A stretch of DNA of 13,712 nucleotides from Octopus sinensis. Its lineage: Eukaryota. The stretch is from contig NW_021825941.1 of the NCBI RefSeq assembly GCF_006345805.1, forward strand, positions 1-13,712, given 5' to 3'. The number at the start of each line of letters is the position of its first letter. Position 1 is the stretch's first letter. Below, in pieces: positions 1-8,850 of the stretch. Below the pieces are notes generated by a model. It was given only the letters and a program-made list of their open reading frames with translations. It searched no databases and had not been told where the DNA came from. The translations under genes were made by a program, and so were the position numbers.

Positions 1-230
1 AATAGTAATGGCATGCTTTTGCTGCAGATGTGTGAGGAGCTGAGTCTGTGTGTTACCAATACCATGTTTCAACAAAAGAATAAGCTTAAGACTACATGGA
101 TGCACCCTGCATCTAAAGAATGGCATATTCTGGATTACATCCTAGTTAGGGTGCGTGACAGACAGGTGTGCAGTGTGTTCGTGTTCTTCGTGGAGCTGAG
201 TGTTGGACTGACCACCTCCTAGTACGTGCA
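1..230 (+). pseudogene. C-terminal part of the APE-type endonuclease of the RTE LINE (frameshift near 165)
   Basis: Frame 1 reads NSNG..CVTNTMFQQKNKLKTTWMHPASKEWHILDYILVR. After a frameshift it reads VRVLRGAECWTDHLLVRAK, which carries the conserved DY and DH motifs of APE endonucleases. Confidence 0.9.
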
Positions 231-929
231 AAAGTGAAATTAGTCACAAAACATAAAATCCGAGCTGCAGGGATGACCCTGCCTAAAAGACTGAATGTTG
301 ATCGTCTTAGGTATAATAGTGTGAAGAGAACTTTACGAGAGGAGGAATGAATGCTGCAGATATTGGGGAGGATTGGCCGACCAAACAAGTCAGTTTATGA
401 TATAGGCAAGAAAGTTCTGGGATTGATACAAAGAAAGCATCAAGATTGGTTCAAAGAAAATGATGAAAATATAGATGATTTATTGGCTGATAAAAGACGT
501 ACTTTGTCACGCAGATTTGTCAGCAAAGTCACAGGAAAGGGAAGTGTTGCATAGGAAATTAAGGACGTAAAATCACGTGTGAGGCAAAGGCTCTCTCAGC
601 TGAGGGATACGTGGCGGAGTAAGAAGGCTGATGAGATACAGGCGGCATCAGATTCCAATAACACAAAGCTGTTGTATGGTCTCTTGCGAGAAGTTTATGG
701 ACCGACATCTTCCCTGTTGACACCACTTCGAAGCAGGGATGGTAAAGAACTTCTTCGTGATTCACAAGGAATTCTGCGAAGGTGGCAAGAACACTTTGAT
801 GAACTTTTGAATCAGCAGTCTGTAGTTAGTGAGGATGTTCTCAATCTCATCCCTGGATTGCCTGTGAAGGCAGCACTCGCAGAACCACCAAAGTTGGAAG
901 AAGTTGCAATGGCTGTCTCAGGTTGAATA

Positions 930-2201
930 ATGGAAGTCTCGGGTATGGATGGCATACATGCGGAGTTGTTACAGCATGGGTGGTGAGAAAATTCTGCAGA
1001 AACTTCACTCATTGTTTGGTAAGGTATGGACTAGTGAATCTGTACCTAAGACTGGAGCGATGCAGTAATGGTGGTCCTGTATAAGGGAAAGGGCAACAGG
1101 AATGATTGTGGTAAGTATAGGGAGTATCATTGCTGTATCTGCTGTAGAAAGGTTTATGCAGGATACTTCTGGATCGTCTGCTGAAATACATTGCAGATTG
1201 TGTTCTTCCAGAAAGTCAATCTGGCTTTCGTGTGGGACGTGGCACTGCTGATATGATCTTTTCAGCTAGACAGCTTCAGGAAAAGTGTGTGGAACAGGGT
1301 CTGGATTTGTATCAGGTGTTTGTCGATCTGACAAAAGCCTTTGATACGCGTCAATAGAAAAGCATTGGAAAGTCCTCCAGAAACTTGGGTGTCCTGAAAA
1401 GTTCCTTGCTTTGGTTAGGTCTTTTCATGAAGACTTGAATAGTAGGATGAATGTTAGAGGGAAGATGTCGGAGCCCATTTCAATACAAAATGGAGTGAAA
1501 GGGCGATATTCTGGCACGATCCTATTTCCATATATTTCGCGATGGTGTTCTATATTGCATTCAGAAACTGCAGATACGGTGTTTACATCCATTATCAAAC
1601 CTCTGGCAGCATACCTAATATCAGGCGCCTTGCTGCAAAAACAAAGATATTTACCTATATATAAGAGACCTTTTGTATGCTGATGATTGTGAGCTAGTAG
1701 CACACACAGAGATGATGATATGCAATACATTTGAATGCATTCTCTGATGCTTGCACTGCCTTAGGATTGACAGTCAATCTCAAGAAACTGTTGTCATGCA
1801 TCAAACCTGCCCCTGGTAAGCAGTATAGTGTACCAAATATCTATATGTATAGTAAACGACTTGATGTAGTTGATCAGTTTGTCTACCTGGGAAGTTCTAT
1901 TAATAGATATGGCAATGTGGATGATGAAATTCCATATAGAATTAGGAAAGCAAATGTTGCTTTCGGAAGGCTAGAAAAGCGCCTCTGGAGTCGGCGACAC
2001 ATATGCAGAAAGACAAAGATAAAGGTGTACAAGGCATGTGTGCTCCCTTCTCTTCTCTATGCCTGCGAGACGTGCGTCACATATCGATACCACCTTAAAC
2101 AACTGGAACGTTTCCATCAGATGTGCCTCAGACGGATCTATAGCATTAAGTGGAAGGACCGCATCAGTGATCTTGAAATACTCGAAGGCTCTCGGTGTTA
2201 A
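930..2201 (+). pseudogene. Disrupted reverse transcriptase and thumb domain of the RTE LINE
   Basis: GMDGIHAELLQHG, RILLDRLLKYIADCVLPESQSGFRVGRGTADMIFSARQLQEKCVEQGLDLYQVFVDLTKAFDT (1160-1348), IRDLLYADDCELVAH (YADD 1676-1687) and ORF 1731-2201. These pieces lie in different frames. Confidence 0.92.
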
Positions 2202-2536
2202 AGTATAGAAGCTCTTCAGATGGAGTGGTCATCTGGTCAGAATGAAGGATTCAAGGTTGCCAAAACAACTCTTTTATGGCCAAAGGAGAACGACCTCCAC
2301 ATAAACCAAAAAAGAGGTATAAGGACTTGCTGAAGGCTTCCTTAAGAGATGCTTGCATCTCTCCTGAGACATGGGAAGACATAGCTATTGATCGTAGCAG
2401 GTGGAGAAGGATTGTTCATGAGGGGACAGCCACGGTTGAGAAATCTCGAGTTGAACATGAGAAAGTAAGGAGGGATGTCAGTAAGGGCATCGCTGTTACA
2501 CTTCCAGAAGGGAAGGGTCTTCCTTTGATTCTGACA

Positions 2537-2836
2537 TGCAATGTCTGTGCAAGACCCTGCCTCAGTAAAGCTGGACATGAGTCATCTTCGTAGTCATAAA
2601 ACGAGAAGATGAGTGACAACCTGGCCACTGGTGGTGTAACATACCATACTAATCATATCTGTCGGGCATGTGGAAGAGAGTGTAATTCGGCAGGAGGACT
2701 TAAACGACATGCAAAGGTACATGAAGCCCAGTTACAACTATAGCCGGCTATTACCAGTAAAGGTTTTAGTTGCCAATTCTGTACAAGACATTGTACATCT
2801 TTAGCTGGGCTAAAAAGTCACATTCGATCATAGCAC
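2537..2836 (+). pseudogene. Three tandem C2H2-type zinc fingers at the LINE ORF C-terminus
   Basis: ZF1 is CNVCARPCLSKAG-(frameshift)-SHLRSH (2537-2597). ZF2 is CRACGRECNSAGGLKRHAKVH (2660-2722), an intact CX2CX12HX3H. ZF3 is CQFCTRHCTSLAGLKSHIRS*H (2771-2836), CX2CX12HX4H with one TAG. Confidence 0.88.
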
Positions 2837-2860
2837 CAGTAGCAGTTGAGCTTCGTGCAA

Positions 2861-2886
2861 TGGCCATACTCGATAACGAGGGGCCA
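2861..2886 (+). other. 3' terminal stem-loop of the RTE LINE
   Basis: TGGCC-ata-CTCG-ataa-CGAG-g-GGCCA forms a 5+4 bp stem with an internal loop, directly before the tail repeat. A 3' stem-loop followed by a short tandem repeat is typical of RTE-type LINE ends. Confidence 0.7.
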
Positions 2887-2896
2887 GCCATAAATA

Positions 2897-2992
2897 TATG
2901 TATGTATGTAAGTATGTATGTATGTATGTATGTATGTATGTATGTATGTATGTATGTATGTATGTATGCATGTATGTATGTATGTATGCATG
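2897..2992 (+). repeat. (TATG)n microsatellite, probable LINE 3' tail
   Basis: Near-perfect TATG array starting about 10 nt after the LINE 3' hairpin. Confidence 0.9.
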
Positions 2993-3044
2993 TATATATA
3001 TATATGTGCTTATGGGTGTCTGTATGTGTGTATGTTTATGTATG

Positions 3045-3155
3045 TGTTACCTTTTACTTTTATTTTATTTTTATCCTTATTCTTACCCTTCTACCCCTAT
3101 CTTATTTCCATTCCTTTCTCCTCTCTCTCTCTCTCTTTCTCCCCCCTCTCTCTCC
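3045..3155. repeat. Polypyrimidine tract including (CT)n
   Basis: Mostly C/T sequence ending in a CTCTCT array. Confidence 0.8.
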
Positions 3156-3315
3156 TATACACACCCAGTCACAAAACATATCTGTGCCTATCTTATGTTC
3201 TCGCTCTCTATACACATTTACAATATGAATACCTCATCCAAAATACCGCCTGGATTTGTATGACTTTGGAACTTAACGGTCAACAAACCTAGGACTTACT
3301 CAATGAATTAAACCC

Positions 3316-3318
<3 letters not shown>

Positions 3319-3383
<65 letters not shown>

Positions 3384-3432
3384 GGGGGGTATGTATATGT
3401 GTATATATATATATATTCATACATATATATAT
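3319..3432. repeat. (AT)n/(GT)n compound microsatellite
   Basis: Pure (AT)n at 3319-3370, followed by (GT)n and degenerate AT. Confidence 0.95.
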
Positions 3433-3433
3433 T

Positions 3434-3804
3434 CTTTTACTCTTTTACTTGTTTCAGTCATTTGACTGCGGCCATGCTGAAGCACCGCCTTTAGTCGAGC
3501 AAATCGACCCCGGGACTTATTCTTTGTAAGCCCAGTACTTATTCTATCGGTCTCTTTTGCCGAACCGCTAGGTTACGGGGACGTTAACACACCAGCATCG
3601 GTTGTCAAGCAATGCTAGGGGGACAAACACGTACACACACACACACACACATATATATACATATATACATATATACAACAGGCTTCTTTCAGTTTCCGTC
3701 TACCAAATCCACTCACAAGGCATTGGTCGGCCCAGGGCTATAGCAGAAGACAATTACCCAAGATGCCACGCAGTGGGACTGAACCCAGAACCATGTGGTT
3801 GGTT
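3434..3804 (-). mobile_element. tRNA-type SINE (family 1), A-box end missing, with internal (CA)n/(TA)n microsatellite at 3627-3676
   Basis: On the - strand there is a B-box-like GGTTCAGTCC (3785-3776), then a GC-balanced body, an internal microsatellite, a second body, and a GTAAAAGA-repeat 3' tail (CTTTTACTCTTTTAC on +, 3434-3448). It resembles an abundant octopus repeat from memory; not verified by search. Confidence 0.75.
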
Positions 3805-3809
3805 ACATA

Positions 3810-4314
3810 TCTATATATATAAAACTCTAGTTGTGTGAGTGTCTGTCCCCTTCGATTTAGATTCCTAACTCCTCCCACATTTTGCGGTGCAGTTTAACCA
3901 AATTCGGGTATCTTATAGTCGTGATTCATATCGAGCTCGTCTGACTATTAGCGCGCGTCAACGATGAGTCTACGATTTTAAAAATAATTTAACATCATTT
4001 TTTATTCCATTTTAATGCATAAAATGCATCGTGTGTCGATGGCGGCGGAGTTGGCATCCACGCTCACAGCTGCACCTGTTTGCTTCTCCCCCTTCCCTCC
4101 CTCGTGAAGCTGTGGGGAAGGGAGTGTAAAGAAATCAACGTCGTAATGCGTTGTGAAGGAAACCAGCGTTCTTTTAGAACAACGACTTCATGGCTTGAAG
4201 ACACCAAAACAGAAATGGCTAAGAAAGCCCGAATTTATAAGGGAAGTAACTCTCTAAAAATGCTTATATAGTTATTTCCCTTACAAACCCGAGCAACGCC
4301 GGGCGATACTGCTA

Positions 4315-4315
<1 letters not shown>
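3810..4315 (+). mobile_element. Non-autonomous Helitron (506 bp), apparently complete
   Basis: Starts 5'-TC (TCTATATATATAAAAC) directly after A3809. Ends with a GC-rich hairpin CCCGAGCAACGCCGGG (4288-4303), an 8-nt spacer and CTAG (4312-4315), followed by T4316. This is the A|TC...CTAG|T Helitron signature, with no target-site duplication and no Rep/helicase ORF. Confidence 0.85.
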
Positions 4316-4371
<56 letters not shown>

Positions 4372-4400
4372 ATACATATAAGATACATATAAGATACATA
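4316..4400. repeat. (TA)n microsatellite plus about 3 copies of the 11-mer AAGATACATAT
   Basis: Direct reading of the sequence. Confidence 0.9.
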
Positions 4401-4719
4401 TAATTGACCATATATTTTGATGGTGTCCAAACATTGTCAGAATAATAAAAATTAAAGGAATGTAAAAAACAAAAACACACAAAAAAAACGAAAACACAAC
4501 AAACATCCTTGTTCAAGTGAATACCCGTTTATTTAGCGTTTATATGATGAAAAGATGTTTTTTTTTCCACATTTTTATTATTTGGTTTATATTTTAAAGA
4601 GTTGTGTTTTTTTTTACTTCTTTGAAACATTTTATTTTATTTTATTTATTTTACTCCACAGAGAAGAAATACTTTGACAAAATATTTAACATGAATTTAT
4701 AAACAAACAAAATGTGCGT

Positions 4720-4873
4720 GCATGTATGAATGTACACATATATATGTGTGTATGTGTGCATCTATGTATACATATATATGTGTGTATGTATATATATGTA
4801 TGTGTGTGTGTGTGTAAGTTATACTTCTATTTGAACATATGTATTATGTACATACCATATGTTCATATTATAT

Positions 4874-4914
<41 letters not shown>

Positions 4915-5195
4915 ATGTATATATGTATGTATCTGACTGTATGTATATGCATATACATATTATATAGATATGTGTGTGTATAATATATATTATAATGTAG
5001 AATATGTATATATGGATATACATACATATATATGTATACACGCCTACATACATATATGTACTTATATATAAATATATATATATATATATATACGCACATA
5101 TATATTTAACTATATGAATATGTGTATATATATATCTATATGTGTGTATGTGTGTGTGTCTATGTATGTATGTATGTATGTATGTATGTATATAC
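4720..5195. repeat. Compound degenerate (TA)n/(TG)n/(TATG)n microsatellite field
   Basis: Direct reading; it accounts for ORFs 4863-5099 and most of 4868-5293. Confidence 0.9.
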
Positions 5196-5589
5196 TTATG
5201 AATGGTAAGCAAGGAAAAAAATCGCCAAAATACACGCCATGAATAACAAAAACAAAAACATTTAATATTTTTTATGGAAGGAAAATTATGCAATCATTTG
5301 TTTTCAATGTTTCTTTTTTTCATTTTCAACATGTTTTGTTGTTCTTGTTTCATTCCACAAATATAAATTGGATGAGACAATCAGTTAAATAAATAAATGC
5401 CATGATTCTGGAGCAATTTTATCAATTGAGATTGTTCTCTAAATACAAATTTCGTATATTCATTCAAGATGGAGTCTCGAAGCATCCCCCCCCCCCCAAA
5501 AAAAATGTCTAAATGCTGGCATATGCCATACACAAACCGTTGTCATTTTATTTTCATTGTTATATCACTAATATTTATTACTACAGTTG

Positions 5590-5722
5590 TATGTGTGTAT
5601 ATATATATATATATACACACACAAATATATACATATATATACGTATACATATATACATACACATAAACATAATACATATATATATATATATATATATACA
5701 TAGATACATACATACATACATT
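5590..5722. repeat. Compound (TA)n/(CA)n/(TACA)n microsatellite
   Basis: Direct reading of the sequence. Confidence 0.9.
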
Positions 5723-6541
5723 CACTCACTGATTAGGGGTCAATGATGTCTTAGTTTTTCATTATTTTTATGTTTTATTTTTTTTTGCATTTTTACGGGG
5801 AGGTGGGTCTGAAATTTTATATTTTTTGTCCGAAGATATTTGGTTTTTTAAAATTCTTTTTTTCTGTACGTTGTTTTCTTTTTTTTTTCGCAATTATTTG
5901 TTTCAATGTTTTTCTTGTTAATTATAATAATTTATTCAATTTTTTAAAAAATTTCATATCATTTTGTTTTTTCATTTTTGTAAAAAAAAAAGCGAGTTTA
6001 AAAAATTTTGTTTGATATATATTTAATTTTTTTTAATATTTTTTTTAGGGGGAGAAATTTTTAAATATTCCGGGAGTGCAATTTGAACACATGACGTCAC
6101 AAAATTTGCATCCATGTACGTACAGCAGCGACAATTTTTTTTTTTTTTTTTTTTGATAACATGAGAGAAGAAAATGATAACAATACAAGACAGATACCGT
6201 ATAATTCACATTTCATGAAAAGATAAAAAGAAGAAATTTGTCCATCGTTCTCCATCTCACTGTTCACTTCTTTCTCTCCTTCACCCTCTCTCTCTCTCTC
6301 TCTCTCACACACACATACACACCATACACCACAGAAAATAAACAGATAAAAATTAAAACAAACAAAAATTAGTAAAGAGAAACAATAACAACAACAACAT
6401 CAACAACCATAATGACCGAAAATGTTTGCCAAGTATCAAGGTTGCAGGTTTAGACAAATTGGGATGTTGTGGCATTTATTCAGGAAGCTTCTTTCCACTA
6501 CTCAGACAAGAATTTAACATGACTACCATTTCCCTCCATTC

Positions 6542-6770
6542 AATAATAATAATAATAATAATAATCCTTTCTATTGAAAGTACATGGCCTGAGATTTAGG
6601 GGAGGAGTATAGTCAATTACATCGACCCCAGAGCTCAACTGGTACTTAATTTATCGATCCCGAAAGCATGAAAGGCAAAGTCGACCTTGGCGGAATTTGA
6701 ACTCAGAACGTTGCAATGGGAGAAATACAGCTAAGCATTTCGCCCAGCGTGCTAACGATTCTGGCCAGCT
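6542..6770 (-). mobile_element. tRNA-type SINE (family 2), copy A, best preserved, with (ATT)n tail
   Basis: The - strand reads AGCTGGCCAGAATCGTTAGC (A-box-like), GAGTTCAAATTCC (B-box; TTTGAACTCA on + at 6696-6705), the central GTCGACTTTGCCTTTCATGCTTTCGGGATCGATAAATTAAGTACCAG, and an (ATT)n tail at 6542-6565. Confidence 0.85.
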
Positions 6771-6974
6771 TAATAATAATAATAATAATAATTCCTTCTA
6801 ATTTTTGGCCCAAAGCCAGCAATTTTTGGTGGGGAGGGAGAAGTCGATCACATCGATCCCAGTATTCAACTGATACTTAATTTATCAACCCTGAAAGGAT
6901 TTTGAACTCAAAATGTAAAACTGAAAGAAATGCTACAAAAGCTTCTTGTCCAAAGTTCTAATGCCAATTCTGCC
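6771..6974 (-). mobile_element. SINE family 2, copy B, with internal deletion
   Basis: Same block order as copy A; B-box at 6901-6910; lacks the GAAAGGCAAAGTCGACC block between GAAAGGAT and TTTGAACTCA; (AAT)n tail at 6771-6792. Confidence 0.75.
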
Positions 6975-6979
6975 CTTGA

Positions 6980-7039
<60 letters not shown>

Positions 7040-7100
7040 GATGATGATGATGATGATGATAATAATGATAATAATAATAATGAGAAGAAGAAGAAGAAGG
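6980..7100. repeat. Compound (AAT)n(GAT)n(AAT)n(AGA)n microsatellite (tail side of SINE copy C)
   Basis: Direct reading; source of the poly-Ile/Met/Arg ORFs. Confidence 0.95.
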
Positions 7101-7105
7101 ATAAG

Positions 7106-7310
7106 TGTTTCATATTTTGGCACAAGGCCAGCAATTTTCAGGGAAGAAGTCTAATTTCCTTGATCCCATTTCTTGACTGGCACTGTATTTTATTGCAACC
7201 CCCCTACGAAACAATGAAAAGCAAAGTCGACCTCAGTGGAGTTTGAACTCAGAAAGAAAGTGCTGGGAGAAATACTGCCAAACACCTTTGTCCACTGTGC
7301 TAATGCTCAC
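7106..7310 (-). mobile_element. SINE family 2, copy C (diverged)
   Basis: TTTTGGCACAAGGCCAGCAATTTT, ATGAAAAGCAAAGTCGACCTCAGTGGAG, B-box at 7242-7251 and GAAATACTGC are all homologous to copies A and B. Confidence 0.75.
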
Positions 7311-7317
7311 TACATTC

Positions 7318-7372
7318 AATAATAATAATAATAATAATAATAATAATTATAATAATAATAATAATAATAATA
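7318..7372. repeat. (AAT)n microsatellite
   Basis: Direct reading of the sequence. Confidence 0.95.
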
Positions 7373-7373
7373 A

Positions 7374-7532
7374 AAATCAGCATTGTTTGGAACTGAAAGA
7401 ATTCTTGGCAGGGTTCTTGAAGCATGACCAGTAAACAAGTGTCCCCTTAATCTGCTGGCTGTGGCCAGAAGACACTTTCCATCCACACCCAGCAACATAA
7501 GTTGAGAGTTTCCATCAAATAATGATAATAAT
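7374..7532 (+). mobile_element. Severely 5'-truncated 3' end of an R4/Dong-like (RLE) LINE
   Basis: 7374-7427 reads KSALFGTERILGRVLEA*, matching the K.ALLGTARILR.VL C-terminus of R4/Dong-type ORFs. About 90 nt of 3' UTR and TAATGATAATAAT follow, and (TAA)n flanks it on both sides. Confidence 0.65.
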
Positions 7533-7732
7533 GGTTTCAGATTCTTCTTCCTGCTGTCGGCAGAAGGCCTGAAAGTCGATTCCATTGACTCTAGAGCTCT
7601 ATTGGTACTTATTCCATCGACCCTAAAAGGATGAAAGATACAATCGGCCTTGACTGAGTTTGAACTCAAAGCATAAAGATGGACAAAATGCTGCCAGGCA
7701 TTTTCTTCATTGCAGGAATGACTCTGCCAGCT
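7533..7732 (-). mobile_element. SINE family 2, copy D (diverged)
   Basis: AAGTCGATT, TGGTACTTATT, CATCGACCCTAAAAGGATGAAAG, B-box at 7659-7668, ends ACTCTGCCAGCT. Confidence 0.75.
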
Positions 7733-7740
7733 TACTGTCT

Positions 7741-7741
<1 letters not shown>

Positions 7742-7829
<88 letters not shown>

Positions 7830-7833
7830 AAGA
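7742..7833. repeat. (AAT)n(AGA)n compound microsatellite
   Basis: Direct reading of the sequence. Confidence 0.95.
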
Positions 7834-8476
7834 AATGTCTTCTTAAGGAAATCCATGTTGCCTGTTGGCATTTACTGATATCACTTTGGTTTGGTGAAGT
7901 GGTTGAAAGTATTGAATATGATATAGACATATATTTACACATATGCACACATAATGAGGCACAACTAGTCCCATACCTAGCCATATGTGTGGTGCTTCCT
8001 AACATATGTACATATGCAGAGTCAAAGTTACATCGGTGCCCAGCAACACTTCCGTTAGAGATACAAGCATGGATAAAATGGAATCGGTTATCCTAATTTG
8101 TTAGATGCAAAAAAATATTTGTCTAGAGAAAACTATACCAGTAATGAAGTGATGTAATTAATGAAATAATATGGCGGGGAAATGCTGCAACATATCCCGT
8201 GACAACACAAAAAAACCGAATCAGCTATTGTAGACCCCAAAAGGGCCGAGTGGGGCTCTTGTGGATTCTTTGAATTGAATCAAGATATGTAGCAATTCTG
8301 CACAAAGACTGGGGAAAGTTCTTTAATTGGTTATGCGAAGGGGATGAAGAACTTCTGGGATGTAAAAACATCCCAGTTGCTTCCATTTGAGTGTGAAGCA
8401 GATGGGACAGAAAGCAAAGTTTGTTGACAAGTGTGTCGCTCAGCCTTGCAAAATCAACCACTGAAAATACACAGTA

Positions 8477-8760
8477 CACACACACACACACACACATTCA
8501 TATACATACATATATTATAAATACAAACAAATATACTTACACATACTTACATGCTTACATAAATATGAAAATAAAAACAGAACTATATACATATGCACAT
8601 ACATATATATTTACAGTAAGTGAAATGGTAAGAGAGAGAGAGAGAGAAAGAGAGAGAGTGTGTGTGTGAAAGAGTAAGATAGGAAGTATGGACACGTGTG
8701 TATGATTAAGATAGACACAGAGAAAGGGAGAGACAGATAAAGAGATTGTGTGTTTGTGTA
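8477..8760. repeat. Degenerate (CA)n/(TA)n/(GA)n/(GT)n microsatellite field
   Basis: Direct reading of the sequence. Confidence 0.8.
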
Positions 8761-8850
8761 CGAGAGGGGGAGAAAGTTCCTGTTGCTAACGGGTCTCAGT
8801 ATTAAAATGGTGGCTTTAAGACAATGTTTAGTGTTCTCTACAACAGATTC

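Larger units (their letters stand above)
1..2893 (+). mobile_element. Decayed RTE-clade (BovB-like) LINE retrotransposon, running off the left window edge; multiple frameshifts and stops
   Basis: Consecutive + strand frames give the APE C-terminus (NSNGMLLLQMC..TWMHPASKEWHILDYILVR..CWTDHLLV), linker (RKHQDWFKEND), RT (QSGFR..DMIFSARQLQEKC..FVDLTKAFD at 1319-1345; LLYADD with YADD at 1676-1687), thumb (FVYLGS..KIKVYKACVLPSLLYACE), C-terminal zinc fingers, a 3' hairpin and a microsatellite tail. Confidence 0.93.

Noticed and set aside
2770-3292. Long + strand ORFs (152, 121 and 124 aa)
   Set aside because: They are translations of (TATG)n and the pyrimidine tract. The only meaningful coding signal here is the LINE zinc finger in another frame.
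4630-4720. Strong-looking + strand acceptor TTTTACTCCACAG at 4660-4661
   Set aside because: All three frames stop within about 45 nt and the donors are weak. Such acceptors arise easily in T-rich DNA.
4440-5355. A-rich to T-rich inverted similarities (about 4440-4650, and 5239-5261 versus 5331-5353)
   Set aside because: The matches are confined to low-complexity A/C versus T/G runs, with no defined termini or target-site duplications.
4235-6015. Ile/Tyr/Phe-rich ORFs on both strands
   Set aside because: They are products of (TA)n, (TACA)n and T-rich low-complexity DNA, which lack stop codons in some frames.
6680-6770. tRNA gene suggested by A- and B-box motifs
   Set aside because: There is no cloverleaf or acceptor stem, and the boxes continue into a SINE body and (ATT)n tail.
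6542-7833. CRISPR-like alternation of repeats and spacers
   Set aside because: The repeated parts are variable-length microsatellites and the intervening parts are homologous SINEs. The context is eukaryotic and there are no cas genes.
6908-8005. Poly-Ile, poly-Asn, poly-Leu and poly-Tyr ORFs, including the 229-aa ORF 7316-8005
   Set aside because: They are trinucleotide arrays plus SINE and LINE fragments read in non-native frames.
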